DNA of 64,000 bases from an uncultured Bacteroidales bacterium. Its GTDB lineage: Bacteria > Bacteroidota > Bacteroidia > Bacteroidales > WCHB1-69. The notes below the pieces were generated by a model. It worked only from the letters and a program-made list of their open reading frames with translations, did no database searches and was not told where the DNA came from. Within the stretch, counting starts at the first letter, position 1. The number at the start of each line of letters is the position of its first letter. Of this stretch, positions 1 to 8,771 are shown piece by piece. The stretch lies in the NCBI GenBank assembly GCA_905233625.1, contig CAJOFJ010000005.1, positions 119 to 64,118 on the forward strand. The letters are read 5' to 3'. The translations under genes were made by a program, and so were the position numbers.

Positions 1-3000
1 TCGAATTCCATGGCAAAGGTATAGGGCTGCTCTTCATACGGCGGCACAAAGGTACGAATATTTTTTGTAACCTCGCCCATTTTGCCGTATTCTATTTTTT
101 GCCAGCCGGAGGCATCCTCCATAAATATCACCTTTCCAACGGCGTTTATGCCTGCATGGGAGGAAGTTCCGTACACATAGTGCACGTTATTAGCGGGATA
201 TGCTGGATAGATGATGTCGGTTAGCTGGTTGTAGTAGTAATTGTACAGGACTGTATCCCCGTTACCGTTGGCATGCGCCGTCATATTGCCGATAGGATCA
301 TAGAAATATGTGTCAGTACCTGCATCGGGATGTATGCGCTGGATCATCCTGCCCAGCATGTCATAGCTATAGGTAGTGGTGAAATTGCTTGGGTCTGTAG
401 TGGAAGTCAGCCTTCCTATGGGATCATACACAAAAGAAGTCACGGTATTGCCTGGAGCTATGGTGGCCGTCTGCAAACCACGTCCTTCGGTCAAGGTTGT
501 CACTGTGTTGCCGTTAGGATCGGTTACAGAGGTACGGAAGCAGTTACGTTCGTCTGCCGGCGAGGTGCCAAAACCATATACGGTGGTTGTGCTGTTGCCA
601 GTGGGCAGTTTCAACTTGGTTTGACGGTCAAGGATGTCGTATTGTATTTCTGTACGGGTAATCGAATCATAATCTGAGCAATAGGACGAATAGTATGCCG
701 TATCCTGTGTTACCGGATGGTATTGAGCTATGGTTCTGCCGAAGCAGTCGTAAATCACTTTGCCTGTCACAATACTCTTTTCCTGCCCACCAATTTCCGC
801 ATCCTTCTTGGTCTGCAGCAGCCTCCCCCATCCATCGCAAATGACTATGGTGACGAGACTGTCCGTGGGGTGCTGCTGGTCAAAATGGCTGGTACGGGCA
901 TAACTTTGAGTGGTATCGCCTGTGATATTTATTCTGCCATAGTTCTTCGGCTTATACTCCATTTTGATCGTGTATGGTCTGCCTGAGTCAATCTCATACG
1001 GTGCCAGAATCTCTGTGTTTCTGCCCGCATAGTCATAGAGGTACCTCATTTCGTTGCCATTGATGTCAACGGTTTGGGTTGGCCTGCCATAACAGAAGTC
1101 GTACCAAGCGGTAGAACAATATCCCAAGGAATTATTCTCCACCCTAACGGGATAGGTGTGAACGAGACTATCGTAGGCAAATCCATACTCTAAACGCTGG
1201 TTATTATGGTTGGTTGGCAACAGGGATAATATCAGATTGCCATATGAATCATAGGTGAAATCATATTTTGTGCTATCCTGGATATTGTACTGAACAAGAC
1301 TTTCCAGCTTTCCATTCGAAACATACGTGGCGGTGCGTTTTTGCAATAAGTCGTCGTTGGTGTTTCTCACCTCAATCTGTATGGGAAGAGAAATCAGGTT
1401 GTGTCCCATACCTGTGGCGTATTCTATCTCCGCTTTGAAATAGTCGTCAGTTATGGTGGTATCACCCAGATAGGTATAGGCAATAATATTCCTCTTGTTG
1501 TCGTATGTACGCAGGATAACTGTGGTCAGTCCCGGGGTATTGCCACCCTCGTAATAATTGTGTATCTCCGCCTCCTCTTTCACAAACACGAAGGCGGGGC
1601 AGTCGCCGCCATACACACTATCCGGATGGTTCATGTCGGCAAGGCTTGCAGTAAAGATAGTCTCTACGTATGGCCTGCCGGCAGCATCGTATAGGCATTC
1701 CCTGTTCTTTCGGCCTCTCTTGTTGAAAATGCGGTTCTCGTATTCTTCCACTGTGTATCGATACAGCGTGTCACCTCCATCGGTGTCGTATTGTTTGGTC
1801 ACCACCGAGTCGAAACCATAATCCATGCGTTCATATCGGTTGTAATTTGGGTGGGCGTAGTCAAAGCGTGTAAGGGTTCGGTTGCCTCCAACAACATTGG
1901 CAGTGTCCCCGTTAAAGGTTCTTACTTCAGACAGGTTCCAGCTCCGTTGCGGTTTTTCAAAAGAGGAAAGAGGCATATCATAATTCAGTTCTATCGTGCT
2001 GCCTGTGAAATTGGTAACTTTCCTCAACAAATTGGCTTTTCCCGATTGGTTATATCTTACTGTCATGTTTGCCTCACCAGAGGAGGTCACATAATCAATG
2101 TATCCGTCACCATTGATGTCAACAAGTTGCTCCTGGTCTTTGCTAAAAGTGCGGTTTTCAGGGGAAGTTTGTACACCCACATTGACCTTCAGTATGCCAA
2201 AAAAGGTAAAACCAAGGGTAACTCCGGCATTGACAGACTCACTGTAAGAGATGCTGGATGATATATTTGACACCCCATAAACAGTCTCTTCTGGCGACCA
2301 CTGCCCATTGCCGAAATTGTAGCTCACTTTCATAGCATGACCTACTTTTGTTACTTTGTCGGGCAAACCGTCTCCATTGAAATCCATCAGCATAGAAAAG
2401 GTCTCATTCATTGACTTGTTGACGCTTACTCCACCACTAATGCTGGCTTGAGCAATATTGATACCGCCTATTCCTATGCCTAATCCCGTATTTTCACTTT
2501 TACCATTACGAACCAGCTTCGCTTGCCAATTCTCAAACGGAAGGAACGAATAGCCAGTGTTCAATGCCACATTCCCAATTGATGAGACCTTGTCAGGCAG
2601 ACCATCCCCGTTCATATCCATAAATGTACAATTAACAACATCGCCTCCTTTTCCAATAGTTGCGCTAAGACTACCTTGGCCATCAAAACTGATTTTCGCG
2701 TTTTTGGGATTGTTTGAGGTGCCTCTGGTCGGCATACAATAACTTGCCCCGAAAGTTTCTCCTGTGGAACATGTTTTTGAACATGAAATACCAGTCATAC
2801 GCATATCCAGCGGATGTATAGTCCCAATGCCGCCCCATGGCATAGTATATTGCACATTCACTTCTCCCAAAAAATCGGGATAGCGATCACCATTCAAATC
2901 CATATAGTCCGTCAAAATTCTGTTCTCACCATTTGAATTGGATTTACCGATGGAAATAACAGGAACACCAGCGTCAAGAGATATATTCTGCAAATTTGTC

Positions 3001-6000
3001 TTATTCTGTTTACGTATCGTCTTGGGTTTAAGGACTGCTCTGTTTTCTGTCTCTGTCGGTTGAGGTACAGGATGATCGTATTCGGGTATGTCCGATGTCT
3101 CTGGAGAACTGGCCAGTCCTGACAAACGGGTGTTGGTCACCGTATCACGCATCATGTAATTGATATTGCCGTAACCCACCCATGCCCAATAACGGCTTTC
3201 CGGCTGCATTTCTATCCATCGCGTCGCATTCGATAAAGGATTATACATGTTATGCGCGTCATAATCGGCATTAGCATCCTCTTGTGAAGAATTTATATCT
3301 AAATTAGGACTGTTGTAAAGATTTGACGTATCATCAGGGTTGCCAGATACAAAGATAGAATTTATGGACAAAGCGGATATGTCTATTGGATCCGTAATAA
3401 CAGAATTTGTATCGTTGTTGTTGTAGGCAAACTGTCCCCAACCACGGTACAACGGTCCAAAAAGCTTGTGCTCCAAAGAATCGACCAATGTTTTCTTATA
3501 ATTGTTGTAATCGATGTTTACAGGAGGGTGGTATTCCAAAGTGTCATGAACGATATTGCCTGAGGAAGAGTCCCAGTAGGCATACTCTATTTGCGGACGA
3601 ATTTCAACAGAACCCCAATTGGTTCCTCCTGGTGATTTCGCGAAAAAACGGACTTCATCATTTTGATAAAGATATGGAATTGTGATTTCATAAACATCAT
3701 CCTGGTTTACATCAATGGAATAAATCTCCGGGGTGGGCATAAATGACGCTGGAAGCCATACCTCTAAAAAAGCAGTGTTTCCGATATTGTCACCTGTTTT
3801 GATGTGGACCTGAATTCTGGCAGAACTACCTGTCATGTGCGCCTGGAAGTAATGCTGCCCTGACACAGTGAAATCTTCTGAAGATGAATAGTGGTAGGGG
3901 TTTAATCCATATTGGTCTTTCTCATTATACTCCTTTAAATATTGTATTTCACGTTGCCAGTTTACCACATCAAACGAATGATTTCCTTGCGACTGAAGTC
4001 TGAAAAAAATAAGGTCTCCTTCTTTCACAAACACAGTATCCGTATAGAAATGCTTCTTGTAGTCATTTTGGGCTATGGCTTCGGAAAATAATTCAACAGC
4101 ATAGTCAGAGCGCAATGTGTCATCCACTATATATGGTTCGCTGTTATATTGTATGGTATATCTCACCCCATCCACCAATTTTGATTGTCTCCGACTCACC
4201 GACGAGTCTTCCAACAGACTAAATTCCGATTTAATCTGTATGTATCCTGTCTTTTGTGCCACCCATACCTTCACCGCATCCACGTCAGGATCTAACGGTA
4301 AGGAATTGCATCTTATAGCCTTGCTGTACACCCAAAACTTTATGGGATAATAACATTCAGGATGATAATTACTGCTATCAAAATCCTCATAACCATAGTT
4401 CACAGTGTACTCCCCCGTATTGAGGAGACTGTCCAAGAAAACATATAAAGAATCATACTTTTCTGTATTACAGGCTTTTATTTCGTAACAGCTGTCGAAT
4501 TTCCAATATTCCCCGCAGGCAATGCTGTCATTGACCGCCCCGTCAAAAATAAACTGCTCGCAAGGAAAGGCGAAATTCACCGTGATTGGTTCATTGTCAT
4601 CGAAATTCGTCTGTTCCCCCAATATCTGGCTATATGGTTTGAATGTGACAGAACATCCAGGCTGTGTGGTATTGAACAGCACTCCACCCTCTGTAATCAA
4701 ATCAGGAAGACCGTCAGCGTTCACATCCGCAAAGTAAGTGGTGGTCGTGGATGTGGTCGTCGGCCAGCCAGCGCTGAATGAGACAATCGCGGATGCCTGC
4801 AGTCCCCAGGTAGTAGTGCTGCTGCTTTCCTTCAGAAAATCACTCACACCTGCAATCTCCTGTTTGGGGCCATAAGCGATGCTTTCATTTGCCGTCTGCA
4901 GTCTTTTACGATAACAGACCTTGTTGCCATCTTTGAACACCTTGTCAGCCAGACCGTCCCCGTCAAGATCTATCAGTGTCAGCATCCCCTCACTCTCCGA
5001 ACAGCTGTAGTCAAAATTGCCGCCGACACTGACAGTGGTCATGCACACGTTTACGCCAAGCCCAACCGATGCCGTTCCGCCCAAACTCCAACTCTTCCCT
5101 TTCGTGCCGCCAAGGGCAGTGACATTCCCTTCATTGGTGTTGAATCCCTGGGTGATAAATGAGGACTTGATATTGTCGTCGTTTTCAGACAAATTATATG
5201 ATTCTGGTCCACCAAACAGAGAGCTTCCCGAAGGCGTGTCAAAATAATCAAAATGTGTACATGTACCCAAAAAATTCCTTTTGTCAATATCCGACAAGGT
5301 TATACCACAACCTGTGAAATTCCAGATGCTGTCAAGCCTGACGACATCTGTCAGACGGGTCTTGTACTGTGATTCTCTCTTGTTTTCTGTGTAAAACAAG
5401 TATCGACGGATGACTGTACTGTCGAATTTAATCTCCGCATAGCAAAGTATATCTGCTGTCACCTCCTTAAAACCCCTGTTGGCGGCAATGATCACATCCT
5501 CCCTACCTGTTTTTCTCACAAAGGAGACACTGTAATGTGACAAGGCATTTGGATGACTTGTATAACGTATATTGTTCAAATATATCTGCTTGCCCTTGAC
5601 TTCACTGCCGCAAATTCCCGCATTATACTCAATGTCATAATAATACCTCACACTGTTCCCGAACGGGTCGACACTCTCCGCCAAAGCCCAGTGGGCGATG
5701 GCACCGGAAGTGTTACCTGTATCCACACGTAAGACACAACTGTTATTCACAGCATTGTCGTCAGCGTATTTGCCATAATAGTCCGTCACCCCGTTCTTGT
5801 GGGTCACTGTCCACCAGTAGTTGTTTGGTCCATTTCCATGACGCACGATACTGTCAAACACCTCGTTTTTGCGGGGCCAGAATTGCACATTGCCCGAATT
5901 TCTCTGAAGATACTCATTGGTACGATGGCGCAATTTTCGGAACTCGCCATTGGCATCCTTTGACACCAGCTGCTCGCCCTCATACACGTAAACCTCGCTT

Positions 6001-7043
6001 TCCTCATAGCTGTCGTACCTCGGCACGCCCCAGCGGGTCTCCACCGTGATGGAGGGGATGGAGATGTCCCAGCCCACTCCGAGCCAGCCGTTACCTCCGC
6101 TACTGTTGTAGGTCAGCGCCAGATTCGGCTGCATACCCTGCCGCCCGGCGGGTATCTCTATGGGGTAGCTTAAGTTCGCCGTGCCGCTGTTGTTGGCGGT
6201 GGGCGGCTGCATCAAAGTCAGACCCTCCAAGGGGTCAGCGGCTTTCAACTCTTTAATGCTGGTGGGAGTGTAGGCCGAGGTCTCCGGCATCTCGGGAGTC
6301 TTCAGCACCGCGTTGATGAAGTCAAGCGGGGAGTCTCCGCCGCCGTCGCCCTGCGCATTCATGGACATCATGCCCTGCACCTGTGCAAGCACATCCTGAG
6401 GATTACTCCTATCTTCCTGATTTCCTGGCAAAGCTTTCTCCCATGGTCTGAACCGGGAACAGACCAACAGTTCCTCCATATTCACAGAATCGCGCTGGAT
6501 AGCCACCCAACGGTGATACTGCTTGTCATAAACATATGTCTGTATATCATCCTCGGTGAAACCTTGAGGCAGCAACGTGGGGTCGTAAGGAACGGCAAGG
6601 GCAAAACCCGTGTACGTATGTAGAGACGCGGTGCACCACGTCTCTACACGGTACCCCGCAACATTGCCCGTCACATTCACCATACCCGCATCCAAAGGCG
6701 GCAATTGTGACGGCAAGACCTCCGTCATAGCCTCCGGTGGAAGTAATGGCAACGGAGCAGGGGCATAATAAGGCTCTGGAGCAGTTAGAGACACCAAGGT
6801 TGCTGGCAAGAATGTGGTTGAATCAACAATATGCACAGTTTGTAGAGACGTTTCATGAAACGTCTCTACATAATTTGCCGCATTGTTGCTGGTTTGTGGA
6901 ACATACAGATTCAACCCTTCTGCTCCTTGACACCTATAACCTGTAACCTGTCCCCTGTATCCTGTCCCCTGATATGGTATGGTAAACAGTCCCATAATCA
7001 GTGCCACCAAACCAGCTATTGCCATCAATAAATACTGTCTCAT
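1..7043 (-). CDS. Giant SpvB-N / FG-GAP-like / RHS (YD-repeat) polymorphic-toxin cocoon protein, 5' part only (ORF leaves the window at position 1; >2347 codons here)
   Basis: ATG = cat 7041-7043, then signal/TM-like MRQYLLMAIAGLVALIMGLF. Manual minus-strand translation gives the SpvB signature NSGTANLSYPIEIPAGRQGMQPNLALTYNSSGGNGWLGVGWDISIPSITVETRWGVPRYD (~6010-6200). It also gives DLDGDGLADKV / FNGDGLPDKV / DINGDGYIDYV motifs (~2090-4980) and YD repeats at the left edge (YSYDMLGRMIQRIHPDAGTDTYFYDPIGNMTAHANGNGDTVLYNY, ~250-430). The ORF track lists no complete minus ORF starting at 7043, so this frame has no stop before position 1. Confidence 0.9.
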   Translation of the reverse strand, partial: MRQYLLMAIAGLVALIMGLFTIPYQGTGYRGQVTGYRCQGAEGLNLYVPQTSNNAANYVETFHETSLQTVHIVDSTTFLPATLVSLTAPEPYYAPAPLPLLPPEAMTEVLPSQLPPLDAGMVNVTGNVAGYRVETWCTASLHTYTGFALAVPYDPTLLPQGFTEDDIQTYVYDKQYHRWVAIQRDSVNMEELLVCSRFRPWEKALPGNQEDRSNPQDVLAQVQGMMSMNAQGDGGGDSPLDFINAVLKTPEMPETSAYTPTSIKELKAADPLEGLTLMQPPTANNSGTANLSYPIEIPAGRQGMQPNLALTYNSSGGNGWLGVGWDISIPSITVETRWGVPRYDSYEESEVYVYEGEQLVSKDANGEFRKLRHRTNEYLQRNSGNVQFWPRKNEVFDSIVRHGNGPNNYWWTVTHKNGVTDYYGKYADDNAVNNSCVLRVDTGNTSGAIAHWALAESVDPFGNSVRYYYDIEYNAGICGSEVKGKQIYLNNIRYTSHPNALSHYSVSFVRKTGREDVIIAANRGFKEVTADILCYAEIKFDSTVIRRYLFYTENKRESQYKTRLTDVVRLDSIWNFTGCGITLSDIDKRNFLGTCTHFDYFDTPSGSSLFGGPESYNLSENDDNIKSSFITQGFNTNEGNVTALGGTKGKSWSLGGTASVGLGVNVCMTTVSVGGNFDYSCSESEGMLTLIDLDGDGLADKVFKDGNKVCYRKRLQTANESIAYGPKQEIAGVSDFLKESSSTTTWGLQASAIVSFSAGWPTTTSTTTTYFADVNADGLPDLITEGGVLFNTTQPGCSVTFKPYSQILGEQTNFDDNEPITVNFAFPCEQFIFDGAVNDSIACGEYWKFDSCYEIKACNTEKYDSLYVFLDSLLNTGEYTVNYGYEDFDSSNYHPECYYPIKFWVYSKAIRCNSLPLDPDVDAVKVWVAQKTGYIQIKSEFSLLEDSSVSRRQSKLVDGVRYTIQYNSEPYIVDDTLRSDYAVELFSEAIAQNDYKKHFYTDTVFVKEGDLIFFRLQSQGNHSFDVVNWQREIQYLKEYNEKDQYGLNPYHYSSSEDFTVSGQHYFQAHMTGSSARIQVHIKTGDNIGNTAFLEVWLPASFMPTPEIYSIDVNQDDVYEITIPYLYQNDEVRFFAKSPGGTNWGSVEIRPQIEYAYWDSSSGNIVHDTLEYHPPVNIDYNNYKKTLVDSLEHKLFGPLYRGWGQFAYNNNDTNSVITDPIDISALSINSIFVSGNPDDTSNLYNSPNLDINSSQEDANADYDAHNMYNPLSNATRWIEMQPESRYWAWVGYGNINYMMRDTVTNTRLSGLASSPETSDIPEYDHPVPQPTETENRAVLKPKTIRKQNKTNLQNISLDAGVPVISIGKSNSNGENRILTDYMDLNGDRYPDFLGEVNVQYTMPWGGIGTIHPLDMRMTGISCSKTCSTGETFGASYCMPTRGTSNNPKNAKISFDGQGSLSATIGKGGDVVNCTFMDMNGDGLPDKVSSIGNVALNTGYSFLPFENWQAKLVRNGKSENTGLGIGIGGINIAQASISGGVSVNKSMNETFSMLMDFNGDGLPDKVTKVGHAMKVSYNFGNGQWSPEETVYGVSNISSSISYSESVNAGVTLGFTFFGILKVNVGVQTSPENRTFSKDQEQLVDINGDGYIDYVTSSGEANMTVRYNQSGKANLLRKVTNFTGSTIELNYDMPLSSFEKPQRSWNLSEVRTFNGDTANVVGGNRTLTRFDYAHPNYNRYERMDYGFDSVVTKQYDTDGGDTLYRYTVEEYENRIFNKRGRKNRECLYDAAGRPYVETIFTASLADMNHPDSVYGGDCPAFVFVKEEAEIHNYYEGGNTPGLTTVILRTYDNKRNIIAYTYLGDTTITDDYFKAEIEYATGMGHNLISLPIQIEVRNTNDDLLQKRTATYVSNGKLESLVQYNIQDSTKYDFTYDSYGNLILSLLPTNHNNQRLEYGFAYDSLVHTYPVRVENNSLGYCSTAWYDFCYGRPTQTVDINGNEMRYLYDYAGRNTEILAPYEIDSGRPYTIKMEYKPKNYGRINITGDTTQSYARTSHFDQQHPTDSLVTIVICDGWGRLLQTKKDAEIGGQEKSIVTGKVIYDCFGRTIAQYHPVTQDTAYYSSYCSDYDSITRTEIQYDILDRQTKLKLPTGNSTTTVYGFGTSPADERNCFRTSVTDPNGNTVTTLTEGRGLQTATIAPGNTVTSFVYDPIGRLTSTTDPSNFTTTYSYDMLGRMIQRIHPDAGTDTYFYDPIGNMTAHANGNGDTVLYNYYYNQLTDIIYPAYPANNVHYVYGTSSHAGINAVGKVIFMEDASGWQKIEYGKMGEVTKNIRTFVPPYEEQPYTFAMEF
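6620..6647. repeat. Palindromic element GTAGAGACG-N10-CGTCTCTAC (inside the RHS ORF)
   Basis: gtagagacgcggtgcaccacgtctctac: 9-bp perfect outer arms, and the inner GGTGCACC is also palindromic. Read in frame as VETWCTASLH. Confidence 0.85.
6842..6869. repeat. Palindromic element GTAGAGACG-N10-CGTCTCTAC (perfect 28-nt palindrome, inside the RHS ORF)
   Basis: gtagagacgtttca|tgaaacgtctctac has perfect 14-nt arms. Read in frame as VETFHETSLQ. Confidence 0.9.
6933..6974. repeat. Heptamer-periodic array (CCTRTNN x6), inside the RHS ORF
   Basis: cctataa cctgtaa cctgtcc cctgtat cctgtcc cctgata. The same flavour recurs at 52901-52928. Confidence 0.85.
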
Positions 7044-7058
7044 ATTTTTTCCTCCATT

Positions 7059-7100
7059 TAATTATCAACTTTCAATTATCAATTGTCAACTGTTAATTTA
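7059..7100. repeat. Heptamer-periodic array (CAAYTNT type) filling the gap upstream of the RHS start
   Basis: taattat caacttt caattat caattgt caactgt taattta. The reverse-complement flavour recurs at 61693-61722. Confidence 0.85.
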
Positions 7101-7530
7101 CCACCATTTTCAGGGTTTTGCGTTCCATATCCGACACAATGTCAATCAGATAGTGTCCTGCCGTTTCCATCTGTCCCTCAAAGCGGTAGTTGCTTTGCCC
7201 CTTGCCACTCATCACCAAGACTTTTTTTCCGTCGGAGGCATACACCGTCACTGTAACATCCTGTTCCACCGGATAAGCAATTTCCACAGTAAACTTCCCG
7301 TGATTGGGGTTGGGTAACAGACGGTAGGTGGAGGAGGGGTGGACTTCGGGTACTTGTTGGAGGCTACGCTTTTCCTCATTAAGGTGCGGCTTCGCCGTGA
7401 CATCCGCGTCACTACCCCGGCCTTCGGCCACCCCTTCTAAAAGAAGGGGAATTGGATTTGCTGTGGCCATTCTGGGGGTTGCGTTACAGCGAAACAGAAT
7501 GCATCTCTGCCGTTCAGGTCGGTATCCCAA
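7093..7530 (-). CDS. ORF carrying a T9SS type-A C-terminal sorting domain; probably the frame-shifted 3' end of the 7437-8771 gene
   Basis: The C-terminal ~75 aa (YRLLPNPNHGKFTVEIAYPVEQDVTVTVYASDGKKVLVMSGKGQSNYRFEGQMETAGHYLIDIVSDMERKTLKMVVN) have the Por_Secre_tail pattern. The N-terminal part has no signal peptide and overlaps the upstream ORF by 94 nt in the -1 frame. Confidence 0.6.
   Translation of the reverse strand: MGYRPERQRCILFRCNATPRMATANPIPLLLEGVAEGRGSDADVTAKPHLNEEKRSLQQVPEVHPSSTYRLLPNPNHGKFTVEIAYPVEQDVTVTVYASDGKKVLVMSGKGQSNYRFEGQMETAGHYLIDIVSDMERKTLKMVVN
7409..7455. repeat. 47-nt double-hairpin element, copy A
   Basis: tcactaccccGGCCttcGGCCaCCCCTTCtaaaaGAAGGGGaattgg. Read in the 145-aa ORF frame as IPLLLEGVAEGRGSD. 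It contains the TAG that ends the 7437-8771 ORF. Confidence 0.85.
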
Positions 7531-8771
7531 AAAATATTTTCGTAAACATAATAACCAAGGCTGTCATTTATAATCGGCCATACCATATCAATCTCCCATG
7601 CAAGGAAATTACCGTTTCCGCTTCGGTCTATCAGCAGCACAGGCACAACAGTGTCCTGCACGGCATTAGCGTCAAGCCACAAAAAAGTGTTATAGGTCAT
7701 GACATTTCCTGTGGCCTGCATCATACTGCGTCCAATGACCTCGTAGGTGTAACCATCCTGTGTGTATAGGGTGGAAATAGGCCATGGAGAGGTTCCATCA
7801 CTACCCCGCCCTTCGGGCACCCCTTCTTCAAGAAGGGGAATTGAATCACCAGTGTTTTCCTCATTATCAGATGTTTGCATACCCATCATGATGAAATCAC
7901 CATCGGCAATGAAGACGGTATTGTCCCCATTAGTTTCCGGAATAGTTGTAGGGACGCAATTCATTGCGTCCGCACAGATACCCATAACAATTTGTCCATC
8001 AGCGAAATAAGTCTGTTTCTGATACAAGCCTGTGCTATCATCCCTGCCCACACCCGCAATAGCACCGCAATAGTCCGGATAGTCTGTGTAATCCCATATC
8101 ACATTCTTCCTGCTGTCAAGGTAGTCCGTCTGCGCCAGGGTGATGCCATATTTCACGGCTAAATAGCTAATCCACTGGATGACAGCGGTGTCGCTGATGC
8201 GGTGGTCGAAATACAACGCCTCTGCAATCTTGCCATCCAACGGCAGGGAATCTGCCATGCAAAGTGTCAGCATGGGAGAAGTCGTCTCCGGTGTGCGCCA
8301 CGACTGGGCCAAATAATTGATGACAGGCTTCATTCTGTTTATGCTGTCATATATGATTTGCCCATTGTCATTCAGAATGCGCTGGGTAGTCTGTCCAACA
8401 CGCTTGGCGGAATCTATCTGCAGTTGCCACAAGGCGTTCTCCGCAGTGCTGTCGTAAGTCTCATAGACTACGATTACATCCGCCTGACAACCCTGCTGGC
8501 TGTCTAATTGAACAGAGAAATGCATGCCGTCATTCAAAAGAATGCACGGATTGAAATTCAGTCTTGCCAGTGTATCGGGCATCACTCCTGACCATGGGGT
8601 GGCGTGCAGTCCGTGGTTGGACACGTCACGCCACACTTCGTCTCCCATCCGTATGCTATCGGCGCGTAGCCAACAGGTAGGAGACACCACACCCTCTTGC
8701 GGGAAGGCAGTCAGAACAAAGAGTGCGATCCATATAGTCAGGAAAAACGGTGTCAATTTAATCATTTTCAT
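7437..8771 (-). CDS. Secreted hypothetical protein (signal peptide), likely body of a T9SS cargo
   Basis: ORF track 7437..8831; the internal ATG at 8771 gives MKMIKLTPFFLTIWIALFVLTAFPQ (signal-peptide-like). It overlaps the upstream lipoprotein gene by 14 nt. I recognise no domain. Confidence 0.7.
   Translation of the reverse strand: MKMIKLTPFFLTIWIALFVLTAFPQEGVVSPTCWLRADSIRMGDEVWRDVSNHGLHATPWSGVMPDTLARLNFNPCILLNDGMHFSVQLDSQQGCQADVIVVYETYDSTAENALWQLQIDSAKRVGQTTQRILNDNGQIIYDSINRMKPVINYLAQSWRTPETTSPMLTLCMADSLPLDGKIAEALYFDHRISDTAVIQWISYLAVKYGITLAQTDYLDSRKNVIWDYTDYPDYCGAIAGVGRDDSTGLYQKQTYFADGQIVMGICADAMNCVPTTIPETNGDNTVFIADGDFIMMGMQTSDNEENTGDSIPLLEEGVPEGRGSDGTSPWPISTLYTQDGYTYEVIGRSMMQATGNVMTYNTFLWLDANAVQDTVVPVLLIDRSGNGNFLAWEIDMVWPIINDSLGYYVYENIFWDTDLNGRDAFCFAVTQPPEWPQQIQFPFF
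7798..7844. repeat. 47-nt double-hairpin element, copy B
   Basis: tcactaccccGCCCttcGGGCaCCCCTTCTTcAAGAAGGGGaattga. In frame inside the 7437-8771 ORF (IPLLEEGVPEGRGSD). About 42/47 identical to copy A. Confidence 0.85.
7948..7975. repeat. Palindromic element of the GTAGGGACGCA...TGCGTCC subfamily (inside ORF)
   Basis: gtagGGACGCAATtcATTGCGTCCgcac. Read in frame as CADAMNCVPT. A related copy is at 52878-52900. Confidence 0.7.

Noticed and set aside
6979-7317. 112-aa plus-strand ORF containing NYQLSIINCQL
   Set aside because: The peptide is produced by translating the heptamer array at 7059-7100 and the antisense of the T9SS CTD ORF. It is an artefact of the repeat.
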